This document shows positions 25,171 through 37,289 of a DNA stretch of 64,000 nt, piece after piece. The notes beneath the pieces are model-generated. The model made no database searches. It was not told the DNA's origin and saw only the letters and a program-made list of their open reading frames with translations. The stretch spans positions 16,554,001 through 16,618,000 of the forward strand of contig JBHGNT010000012.1 of the NCBI GenBank assembly GCA_043228905.1. Reading direction: 5' to 3'. Numbering within the stretch: position 1 is the first letter of the stretch; each line of letters begins with the position of its first letter. Position numbers and translations under genes: made by a program. This DNA comes from Azolla caroliniana (Eukaryota; Plantae; Polypodiophyta).

Positions 25171-25769
25171 TTTGAGTGCAAAGGAAAGGACATGCTCGAC
25201 GTGGAGGAGTCATGCTGATCACCATTGCCGAAATCTCACTTTCTCTCTTCTTGGAACGTACTGGAGGACGTGCGGTTTGGTGGGGGTGGATGTCGTGAAG
25301 ATTTTCGGCAATGGTATGAAAATCACATAAAACGTACAAAATCAAGTGTCAATCATATAAAACAATAATAGTGAGTATATTAATTCTAAGTAAGTTTAAT
25401 ATCTTAGTATAAAAGACGAAGATCTTGAAGAGGTGCACTTTACTACATAAGAAATGGACATCTAAGTGTCAACTTATGTGGGTAAGAAGTTGCGAAAGAA
25501 AAAGAGAATATTATGAGATATCCCACATAGACAAGACGAATAAGGCTCTCACCATATACAAGGTGGAGCAAAAGTTATTATCTTTGTGTCTATGTGTGGA
25601 GCATAGAGAGTTCAAGGTAACTTCAACTAAGAGTGGAGGTGGCCTAGCCACTCATAAAGGTTTTGGCCAACCAAAACGGAACTAGATGATAACCGGCGAT
25701 CGATGATCCGGCAAACCAACGGAATCAACATCCGACAGAGCCGGTGATCCGGCTGCATCCGACGACTAG

Positions 25770-25808
<39 letters not shown>

Positions 25809-26621
25809 AGGAAGGTAAGTAAGGATTCGAACCTTGCATCTCCAAGTTAGGAGTCAATTGGCTTACCACTAAGCCAAGACATTTAGTTGAATTTATATTT
25901 TTATCATTGTACTTTTGCATGTAAATTCTCATACATGAGAGCTAAAATGAGGGACATGGTTATCATGCACCACATGTAATACATGAGCGCCAAATGGCAA
26001 ACATGCATTTTATGCATGTCTTGTACCCTCACATGCATCATATGCATGAGAGCATCTATAAAAGAAGGGATAAAAAAGAAGAAGGGTTAGGCTTTTTTTT
26101 GTCATGAAATTAAGAAGAAGAGAATTCGTTATCGAATTGATCGTGTAACTTGTTTCTTAAAATCTAAAATCAAGAGTTTAATCTCAATATCTCTCTCTTG
26201 GCCATATCAATCTTTCTCAATCTAAGTCAAGTGTTTAATCTCAATCTCTTTCTCTCTCTTAATCTATCCTAAATACTTTCTCGCTAAGCTTGGTGCGAAC
26301 TTTGATCCTTTCGGTCCAGAACCCCGGCGGTTCCGCCTCGTGATCCGCGCCTAGTGACGGATCTTCACGACAACGTTCACATCTGCACCAATTTTAATGC
26401 ATGTCGATCCAATGGCGCGCGTTATACTTGAAGCTGATGCATCTGACTTCGCACTCAGAAGCGTACTATCCTAGATTGGCGATGATGGCAAACTGCACCC
26501 TATGGCTTTTCACTCATGGAAATTTGAAGCCGTAGAAATCAACTATGAGATTCACGACAAAGAGCTTCTTGTCATTGTGGATTCTTTTCAACAATGGCGT
26601 CATTTTTTGGAGGGTTCTTCT

Positions 26622-29600
26622 AATAGATTATTGTTCCATTGTTGTATTCTCCTTACATAGATATAGTTGGAGTTTGTGGACTCCCGTGGTTTTTCCCATT
26701 TAGGGTTTTCCACATAAACATACTGTGTACTCTCTCTCATATTGTTTGTGTGTACGTGCATTTACCTTCATTGCCCATTTCTTCTGTGGTTGTGATTCTA
26801 ACGAAGTGATTGAAGTCTCGGTTGTCGCCGAGATATATTCCGCACACGCATATTTCGTGTCAATCTGGTATCAAAGCGAACAACACAGAAAATGGAAGAA
26901 TCTTTCGGCGGCATGTTCAAGCTCACCGGCTCCAACTACTCAGTGTGGAAGTTGAAGATGAGGGACATGCTGGTGGTTAAAGATCTTTGGTTGCTGGTTC
27001 AGTTCGGGGACAAGAGACCGGATAAGATCGATGCCACGGTATGGGAGGTGATGCACATGAAGACGACAACATACATCCGGTGCTTCATCAACATGAGCAT
27101 GTACAACAACTTCAATGAGGAGAGTAGGGCTCATGAACTCTGGGAGAAGATCGACATCATGTTCCAGAACAAGAATGTCTTTAATCGGGTTTTGGTATTT
27201 AGGAAGCTAGTGAGGCTCTGGTATCAAGACGGCTCCAGTATGGCAGAGCACATGAATGCCTTCCAGGGGCTGATTCACCAGGCAACATCGTTGGAAGTAC
27301 CTCTCGCCGATGAGGTACTATCATTGCTCCTGCTCAGTTCCCTTCTAGATAGTTGGGAGACGTTAGTTGTCACTTTGGGCAATGCCAGGCTGGAAGGAAA
27401 ATAGTTATCCCTAGCTAGAGTCAAGTCGAGCTTGCTAGATGAGGAGGCATGTCGGAAAGACAAGGATACGATCTCCGACTCCAAAGCGCTCCTTACTAAA
27501 TCGGAACGCGGAAGACAAAGGAACCGTAGTCCCCAGAACTGGGAAAAGTCGGGGACACAGTCAAAGTCAAGGGGGAGGCCTACTTGCTTCTATTGCGGCA
27601 AGTCGGGACACTTCTAGAAGAACTATCGGCATTTCCGGAAAGACAAGGAAACCGACAGTACCGATTCGAAGCGCTCACCGGACCGGAATGGTAAAGACCG
27701 GAGGGGACCGGACCGGAAGGGAAGGATGGGTATCACGGCAAGTGAAGAAGAGTTGATGCTCCTCACCGAGGAGAGTGAGTTGAACCTTGCCGGCGATGAG
27801 ACAACATGGGTTGTCGATTCCGGAGCATCGTTCCACCTGACCCCGGACCGGAAATGCTTCTCATCCTACACAGTCGGTGAGCACAACTGTGTCCGGATGG
27901 GGAATGAAGGTACATGCCGAATTGTCGGCATAGGAGACGTGTGGTTGACAACACCAACCGGATGCAAGTTGCTTCGACGGTTCAACTAAACCTAATATCA
28001 ACCGGTCGGCTAGACGATGAAGGCTACACGAGTAGCATCCGGAACAGAGTCATGAAGTTCAGCAAAGGGAGCCTAATAGTGGCTCGGGCCTGGAAAGTCA
28101 ACACTCTATACCTAATGAATGCCTGGTTATGCCGGGAAGAAGTGAACGTTGCATCCGACACTGCCGGTGAGCTGTGGCACAAGAGACTATGTCACATGAG
28201 CGAGAAGGGGATGAAGAGGCTTGCCGATGACAACCTCATTCCGGTGAAAGACGTGCATCTTGAGAAGTGCACCGACTGCCTGGCCGGTAAGCAAAACCGG
28301 ACCTCCTTCCGCTCAAGGCCATCTATGAGACGTAATGCACCATTGGAGCTGGTGCATACTGATGTGTGTCAAGTGGACACGAAGTCACATGCCGGAGTGC
28401 AGTACTTCGTGGCATTCATAGACGACCACAGCTGAAAGCTGTGGGCCACACCGCTGAAGGCGAAGGATCAGGTGTTATCCGTCTTCAAGGAGCTCCACAC
28501 GAGAGTGGAAAGAGAAACTAGTCGGAAGCTGAAGGCGGTTCGAGTAGATAACGGAGGAGAATACTGGGGGGCAGTTTGAGGAGTATTGCCGCTCGAAGGG
28601 AATCTGACTCGAATTTACCGTGCCGAAGATGCCGGATCTAAACGAGCTGGCTGAGAGGATGAACCAAACCATAATGGAGAGGGTCCGGAGTATGCTAGCA
28701 CATGCTAAGCTACCCAAGAAGTTTTGGGTTGAGGCGCTATCGACAACGACATATGTGAGAAACAGATCACCCTCAGTGCCCTTGGACGCAGACACGCCAC
28801 AAAGAGTATGGATCGGTAAGGAAGTGTCTTACTGGCACCTGAAGGTGTTCGGGTGTCTCGCTTACGTGCATGTGTCAAGGACCGGAGAGCAAAGTTGGAT
28901 CCAAAGTCCCGGCCTTGCATATTCCTCGGATACAGCGATGATGAGTTCGACTACCGAGTGTGGGACCCCGTCGACAAGAAGGTGTTCAGTAGTCGAGATA
29001 TTATCTTCATGGAGGACAAGACTCTTGCCGACTAGGAGTCGGAGAAGAAGATAATGAACTCTGAGTCAACCGGAAAGGACCGATTCGATGAGATGCAAAC
29101 CCAACCGGCAAAGAGCCGATTAACACTCGAAGAACCGGTCGGTTACGGAGAGGACACTGAACCGACAGTAGAAGAAGAGGAAGCAGGAACCGGAACCGGA
29201 ACCGGCCAATATCCCGAATCGGATTCGGATGAAGAACAAACAGAGGAGCCAGTTGCCGGAAACCAAGGACGTAGATATCCTCTCAAAGAGAGAAGCCCCC
29301 CTCGGAGATTTCCAGATCCAAAGCATGTACTGCGAACCGATGAGGGGGAACTGGAAAGCTTCGAAGAAGCTAAGAGAGACACCCACAACCGCAAGTGGTT
29401 GAGTGCCATGCAGGATGAGATGGATTCCCTGCACGAGAACCACACGTATGAATTGGTGGAGTTGCCGAAAGGAAAGAGGGCACTGCGAAACAAGTGGGTG
29501 TACAAGATGAAACCAAGAGATATCGGCAACTCCCCGAGATATAAAGCCAGGATTGGGGTGAAGGGGTTCCAGCAGAAGAAGGGCATGGACTTCGACGACA

Positions 29601-31496
29601 TATTTTCCCCGATAGTAAAGATGACTTCCATCCGGACGGTATTGAGCATAGCGGCAAACATGGATCTCGAGGTAGAGTAGTTAGACGTGAAGACGACGTT
29701 CCTTCACAGTGACCTTGAAGAGGAGATCTACATGCAACAACCGGAAGGAGTTGTGAAGAAAGGGAAGGAGCACTTGGTTTGCTGGTTGAAGAAGAGCCTA
29801 TACGGACTAAAGCAGGCTCTCCGGCAATGGTACCGGAAGTTCGACTCCTTCATGATGGATCAAGGATACCACAAGACGCAGGCCGATCACTACATGTTTG
29901 TGAAGAAGTTCGAAGGTGGAAACTTCCTGATACTCCTCCTGTACGTGGACGACATGTTGATCATCGGACGAGACCAAGTCAAGATACAGACATTGAAGAA
30001 GGCTCTGAACCGGACCTTCTCAATGAAAGACTTGGGTCCAGCAAGACAGATACTAGGGATGCATATCATCCGGGACCGGTCAAAGAAGCAATTGTGGTTG
30101 TCTCACGAAAAGTACGTGACAAAGGTGCTTCAGCGGTTCAACATGTCAGATGCGAAACCAGTCGGATCGACACTCCCGGCAAACTACAGGTTATCCAGTA
30201 AGCAAAGCCTGAAGACGAAGGTAGAGAAGGTGTATATGTTGAAGATACCATATGCCTCTGCCGTCGGGAGCTTAATGCGCAATGGTGTGTACCCGACCGG
30301 ATATCGGATACACAGTCGGAGTGGTGAGCCGGTTTATGAGCAATCCCGACAAGGAGCACTGGAATTCGGTAAAATGGATACTCTGGTACTTGAAAGGCAG
30401 CTCAAGTATGTGTCTTCGATTCGGCTCCGGTAAACCCCAACTTGACGGTTTCACCGATTCAGATATGTCGACTGATGCGAATACCAGCCGGTCAACATCG
30501 GGATATGTTATGACATATGTAGGGGGAGCTGTTTCGTGGCAGTCGAGGCTGCAGAAGACGGTTGCGTTGTCAACCACGGAGGCGGAGTACATGGCGACTG
30601 TGGAAGCCGGCAAGGAAATACTATGGATGAAGGACTTCATCGAAGAGCTAGGGATCCGGCAAGAAGAATACCGGCTCTATTGCGATAGTCAAAGTGCCAT
30701 CCACCTTGCGAAGAACGCGGTGTATCATTCTAGGACGAAGCACATCCAACGAAGGTACCACTGGATCCAGGAGCGAGTGAAAGATTGAGAGTTCGTGCTG
30801 ATGAAGATCCACACGGAGGAGAATGGGTCAGATATGCTAACCAAGGTGCTGATGCCCGACAAGTTGGATGCATGCCGGAAGCGAATTGGACTAACTAGAC
30901 ATCCCATGCCGGAGTGAAGGGGGAGTTTGTTAGGATTTTGGTCCCTCCGAATGGGATGATGAAGGCCCGATGAGAATCGGATGATGCAGGCCTGGTGAGA
31001 ACCTCTCACCGGATGAAGGGACATATATGTAAATATGTTTTTGAGAGCCCATTGGGGCTATATTTGTAAATAGTCCTAAAGTCATATTAGTATAAATATG
31101 ACCTAGGGCAAACACTTTATGAGTATGGTGTATTGAGGCCAGTATTGTGGTATAGAGTTATTGGTGTAACTGTTGTACAGAGAGAGAGAGAGAGAGCGAT
31201 ACAGAGTGTGTCTCTATTGTAACTACCGTCAGGAAAAGATTGAGAGCAAGAGTTCATTGCCTCTGTGTTCCTCTATTGTATTCTCCTTACATAGTGATAG
31301 TTGGAGTTTGTGGACTCCCGTGGTTTTTCCCATTTAGGGTTTTCCACGTAAACATACTGTGTACTCTCTCTCATATTGTTTGTGTGTACGTGCATTTACC
31401 TTCATTGCCCATTTCTTCTGTGGTTGTGATTCTAACAAAGTGATTGAAGTCTCGGTTGTGGCCGAGATATATTCCGCACACGTATATTTCGCGTCA
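26622..31496 (+). mobile_element. Near full-length decayed Copia (Tork-like); 5' LTR truncated
   Basis: 5' LTR remnant to 26862; PBS TGGTATCAAAGC at 26866-26877; gag, PR (WVVDSGASFH), INT, RT and RH fragments; PPT; 3' LTR 30928-31496; TSD CTTCT. Confidence 0.92.
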
Positions 31497-31686
31497 CTTC
31501 TCAACAGATTATTGTCTACAATGATCACAAAAATCTAACATACTTCCAAAGTGCTCGAGTCTTGAATTGTCGACAAGCTCATTGGGTGCAGTTCTTAACT
31601 CATTTTGATTTCATAATTCTATATCGCCCTAGGATGCAACAAGGAAAAGAAGATGCTTTATCTCGACATTCGTATATGAAACTTCA

Positions 31687-34613
31687 TGAAGGACAAATAT
31701 GTGCAGAAACGTATGTGAGGACCTATCGGTTATGCTCAGCAAACAACACAGAAGGAAGGCAAGAAGATATAATCAGATAATAGACACACATGAATGAAGA
31801 TTTAATGGAAGCTCTCTTTATTTTTGTTTTCTCTCTCTCAGAGACTCGATGTACAAGATGATCAAGCGATTCTCTCTTACAACGTTAGGTTATTGCTTAT
31901 ATACTAAGCACTACCTATATGGACAGAGTCGGCCTTTTACGCCAACAAACTCCCCCGTAAAAGGACTAATCTTTCCTACATGTATATGTGTTTGGGGTTA
32001 CCTCCCCCGTAAACCTAGATTACAATACTAATCTAAATTTTATGTTACAAGTCGTCCGGCATATAGTCGAGTCAGCATAGGTGAGGTCCGTGTTGAGCCT
32101 AGCATGGCTCATTATCATGATTGATTCGGTCGACTCTTACCTTCTGCTCCTCGTTTGGCTTTCTTATGCTTAGTCGCTTGTCGTGGTCCCATCTTTGTCC
32201 TTAGTGCTCTGAAGCATTGATTCGGGAGTGGCTTCATTAGGCAATCGACGATGTTCACCTTGGTGTCGATATTCCGGACTTTGAGCCTCTTCTCAGTTAT
32301 GAGCTCCCGGGTGTGATGATTCTGTACCTCAATGTGCTTTGTCTTTGCGTGATAGATGGGATGAGGTGAATTGCGCTTTGTGAGTCACAATAGATGGTTG
32401 GCGCTGGTTGGTCAATTCGGCTTGCAGATGAGAAGTCGACAGATAGTCGATGCAACCAGATCACTTCCGATGCTGCTTCCGATGTTGCTATGTACTCGAC
32501 CTCTATGGTCGACAAGGTCATGCACTCTTGAAGCTTCAACCTCCATGATATCGCGCCACTACCATAAGTGAAAATATAGCATGATGTTGACTTCTGATTG
32601 TCCGTATTTCCGACATAGTTGGAGTCAGTGTAGCCTTTGACTTCAGCTAAGGTGGTCAAACCGAATGTCAGTTGTGTATCTTCGGTCCCTCTCAAGTACT
32701 TGAAGATGTGCTTGACGGCCTCTCAATGCTTCCGTCTTGGGTTTGACATGTACCGGTTGACCACCCCTACGACATAGGCTAGATCGGGTCGGGTCGCCAC
32801 CATTGCTTACATGATATTTCCTACGGCCAATGCGTAGGGCATCTTTCCATTAAGCTCTCTTTTGTTTCAAGCCATAGAGGCTTTTCTTCAGTCGACATAC
32901 AAGGTGACTTTCCTCCCCCGTCATTGTGAAGCCTACCGATTGAGACATGTAAATGTCTTCTTCCAGATCTCTGTTTAGTAATGCCGTCTTTAAGTCCATT
33001 TGCTCGAGCTCCAGGTCTTCTGTTGCTATAGCTCCTAGTAGGAGTAAGAGGGTGGTCATCTTGACTACTAGTGAGAATATCTTGTCGTAGTCAACCCTGT
33101 CTTCTTGTTTGAAACCTTTCACGACAAGCCAAGCTTTGTACTTGGGTTTCTCTGAGTCAGATACATATTTGTATTGGAAAACCCATTTGCAAGGTAGCAG
33201 CTTTCTTCGAACTAGTAGTTCGACCAACTCCCATGTCTGATTCTTGTGAATCGAGTCCGTTTCAGATTTCATGGCTTGTAGCCATGTTTCGGTGTCTGTG
33301 CGGCCATAGCTTCTTCATAAGTGCTTGGTTCGCCTACATCGATGTAGTTAATCAAGGCCAGGTTGGTAGAACTCTATCTGGCTTCGAGCTCATCTGGATC
33401 TCTTGGGTGCCGAGATAAGAGGTTCGGATTCTTCGATTGGCTCTGTCGATCGATCAGTATTTGTTGAACCGTTTGTGTCAGGAGTCTTGTTAGGTGACCC
33501 ACCCCCATGCTGTCGCGAAGATTCGTGCGTGCGTGTGCTACTCGAGCGACCACTGGGGTCTTGGACTGGGGAGGACGTTCGCGGAATTATCGAAGAGATG
33601 ACAATCAATGTAAGATTGGATGAAACTTGTTCACTTAAGAAGAAGAAAGATTGTACACTTGAGAGTAGAAAAATATGAAGAAGATAAAGACGAATATAAT
33701 TATATTGATGATAGTGGTGTTGGTGATATCACATATTTGTTGTTCTCTGACCGGACAAGGCCTAACACAAGGTGTCGCGGAGACACTTCACCAAAGGGTG
33801 ATTACGGCATAGGATTATGACTCAACGATTACACCGACTTACGTAGGTTACACGATTAGAGCGCTTTTTGTTAATTACACGCGTAAGATATAACAGTAAT
33901 TACAGAACGGAAATCAACACAGAAGTATAAACACCATACGCTCTATTAATTATCCGCTCCGATTACAATGGGCTCCGGGCCTTTAAATAGGTTTCCGGTC
34001 CGTAGTACAAAACGGTGCCTATCGCACCTATTCGGGATCCGTCCGGATCTGGAACGGCATACCGTTTCCAGTCCGTCCGTCCATACTATGCTTATTTACA
34101 ACCATACTTAATTAATTCCTTCACTCCGTATTTTGGACTTCTTGCCGGCCGGTAACAATATTGAGCCCCCCTTTACACAAGCTCCACTAGGGTTTTTATA
34201 GCTCTCTTCATGCACAAAACCATGGGTTTAGAACCATGGTTTTGGGGACACGGTTTTGCTTATGACATGCACAATCCATGGGTTTAGAACCATGGTTTTC
34301 TATGGTTGTTTCGTTTATAATTCGTATATGAAAATGAAATACATAAAATCTACACTATATGATAGTTGTCCTAGTGGTAAGGCAAACATCTTATCTTAGA
34401 GGTGCAAGGTTCAAACCCTGCTTGCATCTCTTTGTATGAACTCAAGTGCCACTAGGCCTAAGGCTTATTTGCTAAGTGTATGTGCAATGTTGCACATCCT
34501 TGGTTTATTCGTCTCACTCAACGTTAGGTTATCGCTTATATACTAAGCCCTAACTATATGGACGAGTTCACACTAGGATACAAAGTGGAAGGAGGCGGCC
34601 TTTTATGCCAACA
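31687..34613 (-). mobile_element. Internally deleted Copia (RT and RH) carrying further LTR insertions
   Basis: 3' LTR 31687-31947; PPT at 31948-31958; RH ORF 32297-32695; RT ORF 32850-33272; 5' LTR remnant ending at 34613; TSD CTTCA. Confidence 0.88.
33738..34157. mobile_element. Solo LTR
   Basis: TGTTG..TAACA ends; TSD ATATT on both sides. Confidence 0.8.
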
Positions 34614-36604
34614 CTTCAACCAGGAGAGGCCGCATTTGAAAGTCAGAAGCAAATCCTCTTAGGTCTTGATTGTTTACAACTAATTTGGCAATGAATACTA
34701 TCAACACACCAAGAGATTCAAGGCTTCTTGATTTCATTTGGGAGCATATTGCGACCGATGCATTCGCCCAAGAGATTTTGAGCCATATTGTCCCAAATCG
34801 TGCTTCTCGCTCCCAATCTCAAAATCCTCATCTAGACTACACCCAGTCCAGTTGGCATGATGGTTTACTTTTTCGGCAAACTCTCTTGTATGTGCCTGAT
34901 GGTCCTTCTCGACTCGAAGTCGTGCAACAATGTCATGACACACCAATGGTTGGACATTTCGGCATCCACAAGACTTTTGAGTTGATTTCTTGCCGATATT
35001 GGTGGCCACAGCTTCGACATTTTGTTATGGATTATGTTCATAGTTGTGATACATGTTGCCGATCAAAAAAGCCTTGACATCATCCATATGGCTTATTACA
35101 ACCAATGCCTATTCCTGAGAGCCCATGGAAATCTATTTCCTTGGACTTTATTACGAATCTTCCACCTTCCAAGGGTTTTGATTCTATTCTCACGGTAGTA
35201 GATCATTTTACGAAGATGGCGCATTTACTTCCATGCATGAAGACCATTACTAGCCAAGAGACGACCAATTGACTCATGCGGGAGGTGTTTTGCCATCACG
35301 GTCTTCTACATGATATTATCAGTGATCGAGGTCCCCAATTCATCTCAAAATTTTGGCAGCACATATTCAAACTCCAACATACTTCTTGTAAACTCTCTTC
35401 CGGCTACCATCCAGAGACTAATGGGCAGAGTGAGCGCACCAGCCAAACAATTGAACAATATCTTCGTTGTTTTGTCAACTATCAACAAGATTATTGGGTT
35501 GATCTATTACATTTGGCGGAATTTTCTTACAACAACTCCAAACATTCTTCTATTGGATATTCCCCATTTTTTGCAAACATTGGGTATCATCCTCATTGGA
35601 CGATGCTTGAACATCCTGAACTTCTGACAAACCTGGCTACTACAGATCGGCTCACATGACTTTTGCACCATTGCCCAAAACACTCAAAATAAGGTTGTTG
35701 ACCGTCATCGGTGTGATTCATTGACTACATTTTAAGTAGGCAATTGAGTATGGCTCTTACAAGGTAGCATTAAAACCACCCGACCTTGCTACAAACTGGA
35801 TTATCAACGTTTCGGCCCATATGTGATCTCTGGTAAGATCAATGATGGGACATTTCACCTTGATCTTCCTCCTTATATGCATCTTCACCCGGTCTTCCAT
35901 GTTTCACTTTTGGAACCCTAAACACCAAGCTCTATTCTAAGTCGTCTTACACCACCCCCACCTCCAATCGAAGTTTCTAATGGCTCTGAATATGAGGTTG
36001 TTGACATTCTCGATTCCAAGATCATCCGCAACAAACTATACTATTTGGTAGATTGGTTAGATTATACACCTAATGATCGAACATGCATTGGGAGCCTGCC
36101 GAGCATCTTGATAATGCCTCCGACATGGTTGCTGGATTTCAAAATAAATATCCCCATAAACCAAGTCCGAACTCTTGTCTTCCGACTGGTGGAACTCGTC
36201 ATCGAAGAGGGGGGATAATGTCATGAAGACATACATTTTGGTTTATCAGGAGTCAAACCCACACCTTCTTGGTCTATGTGTTGAACCTTTAACCATTGTA
36301 ATAACATATATGATATGTAACTATACTAATTATATTTTTAGTTATTACAAGATATTTCAAGTATTCTAGAACATTCTAGATTATTCTTGAATATTCTTGA
36401 ATATTCTTGAATATTTCATGATTATATTTATTATCATAAATATCTAAAATATTCTAGAACATTCTAGAATACTCCATAAGGATCTATAAATAGGTGTCTA
36501 TACATTCATGACAACGCATTCGGTTCAACACCAGTCTTTAGCCCTTAGCCAACTCTTTGTAACCTTGTTTTCTCATAATATAATATCATTTCCATTTCCT
36601 ATCT

Positions 36605-36642
<38 letters not shown>

Positions 36643-36701
36643 TCACGAGTCACAACACCCCAAACCTTATCCTTGAAGTAGAAAGCTCGGGAGGTACTAG
36701 A

Positions 36702-36960
36702 TGTTGGGAAACATGTCCCTCCAGATGGAAAGAGAAAGAACCGAATCGGGTGGAGTCAATGAGGGCCGAGAACGAAAACCAAAATCGATCTTGGACCCCT
36801 GATTCGAGGGGCTATAATTGTAAATAGTTTGAATGTGCCTCTTGTGGGCTATATTTGTAAATATCTTGAAAGTTGTTTTAGTATATAAGCAACTAGGGCA
36901 AACTTTATAGATAGTAGTGAATCATTGTTGTAAAGTTACACCGAAGGTAGTTGCTTTTGT

Positions 36961-37013
<53 letters not shown>

Positions 37014-37289
37014 TGACAGTGAGAGTAGTAACTTAATAGACGTTTGTCAAACGAAGAAGATCTCAAGGTCGTTGCCTCTAAGTATCTTATTGTACTCCTC
37101 CTTATCATAGTGATCTAGTTCGGAGTTCGAGGACTCCACGTGGTTTTTCCCGATTTGGGTTTCCATGTTAAACACTATGTCTCTGTATTGGTTTTCCACA
37201 TTTTTTGTCTATGTACAAGCTTTCTTGTTCTTTGCATCCGAACACATATTCGTAAGCATAACGGGGAGTGGGCGTTCATGATCATAACA
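36702..37289 (+). mobile_element. Copia-type solo LTR inserted in the ParB-methyltransferase coding sequence
   Basis: TG..CA ends; flanks CTAGA/TTAGA; shares motifs with LTR 30928-31496 (GGGCTATATTTGTAAATA, CTAGGGCAAA, GTGGTTTTTCCC); contains a (GT)n(GA)n tract. Confidence 0.82.

Larger units (their letters stand above)
14227..26372 (+). mobile_element. Non-autonomous (gag-only) Gypsy-like element with three LTRs and a tRNA-Trp PBS
   Basis: LTRs at 14227-15166, 15273-22202 (interrupted) and 25291-26372, with 12-bp terminal inverted repeats TGTCGTGAAGAT/ATCTTCACGACA (the middle LTR starts TA instead of TG). PBS TGGTGAACCCGACGTGAA at 22211-22228; PPT before 25291. Flanks GCGT/ACGT (4-bp TSD, one mismatch). 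Confidence 0.88.
7980..36657 (+). mobile_element. Decayed chromoviral Gypsy element hosting five nested insertion blocks
   Basis: Homologous LTRs at 7980-~8360 and 36219-36657; TSD CCCCA (7975-7979 and 36658-36662); PPT at 36204-36218. Pol pieces are collinear with the intact chromovirus: 8360-8478 PR, 9615-10073, 13507-14226 RT, 26373-26621 RH, 31497-31686, 34614-36218 INT and chromodomain. Confidence 0.92.
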
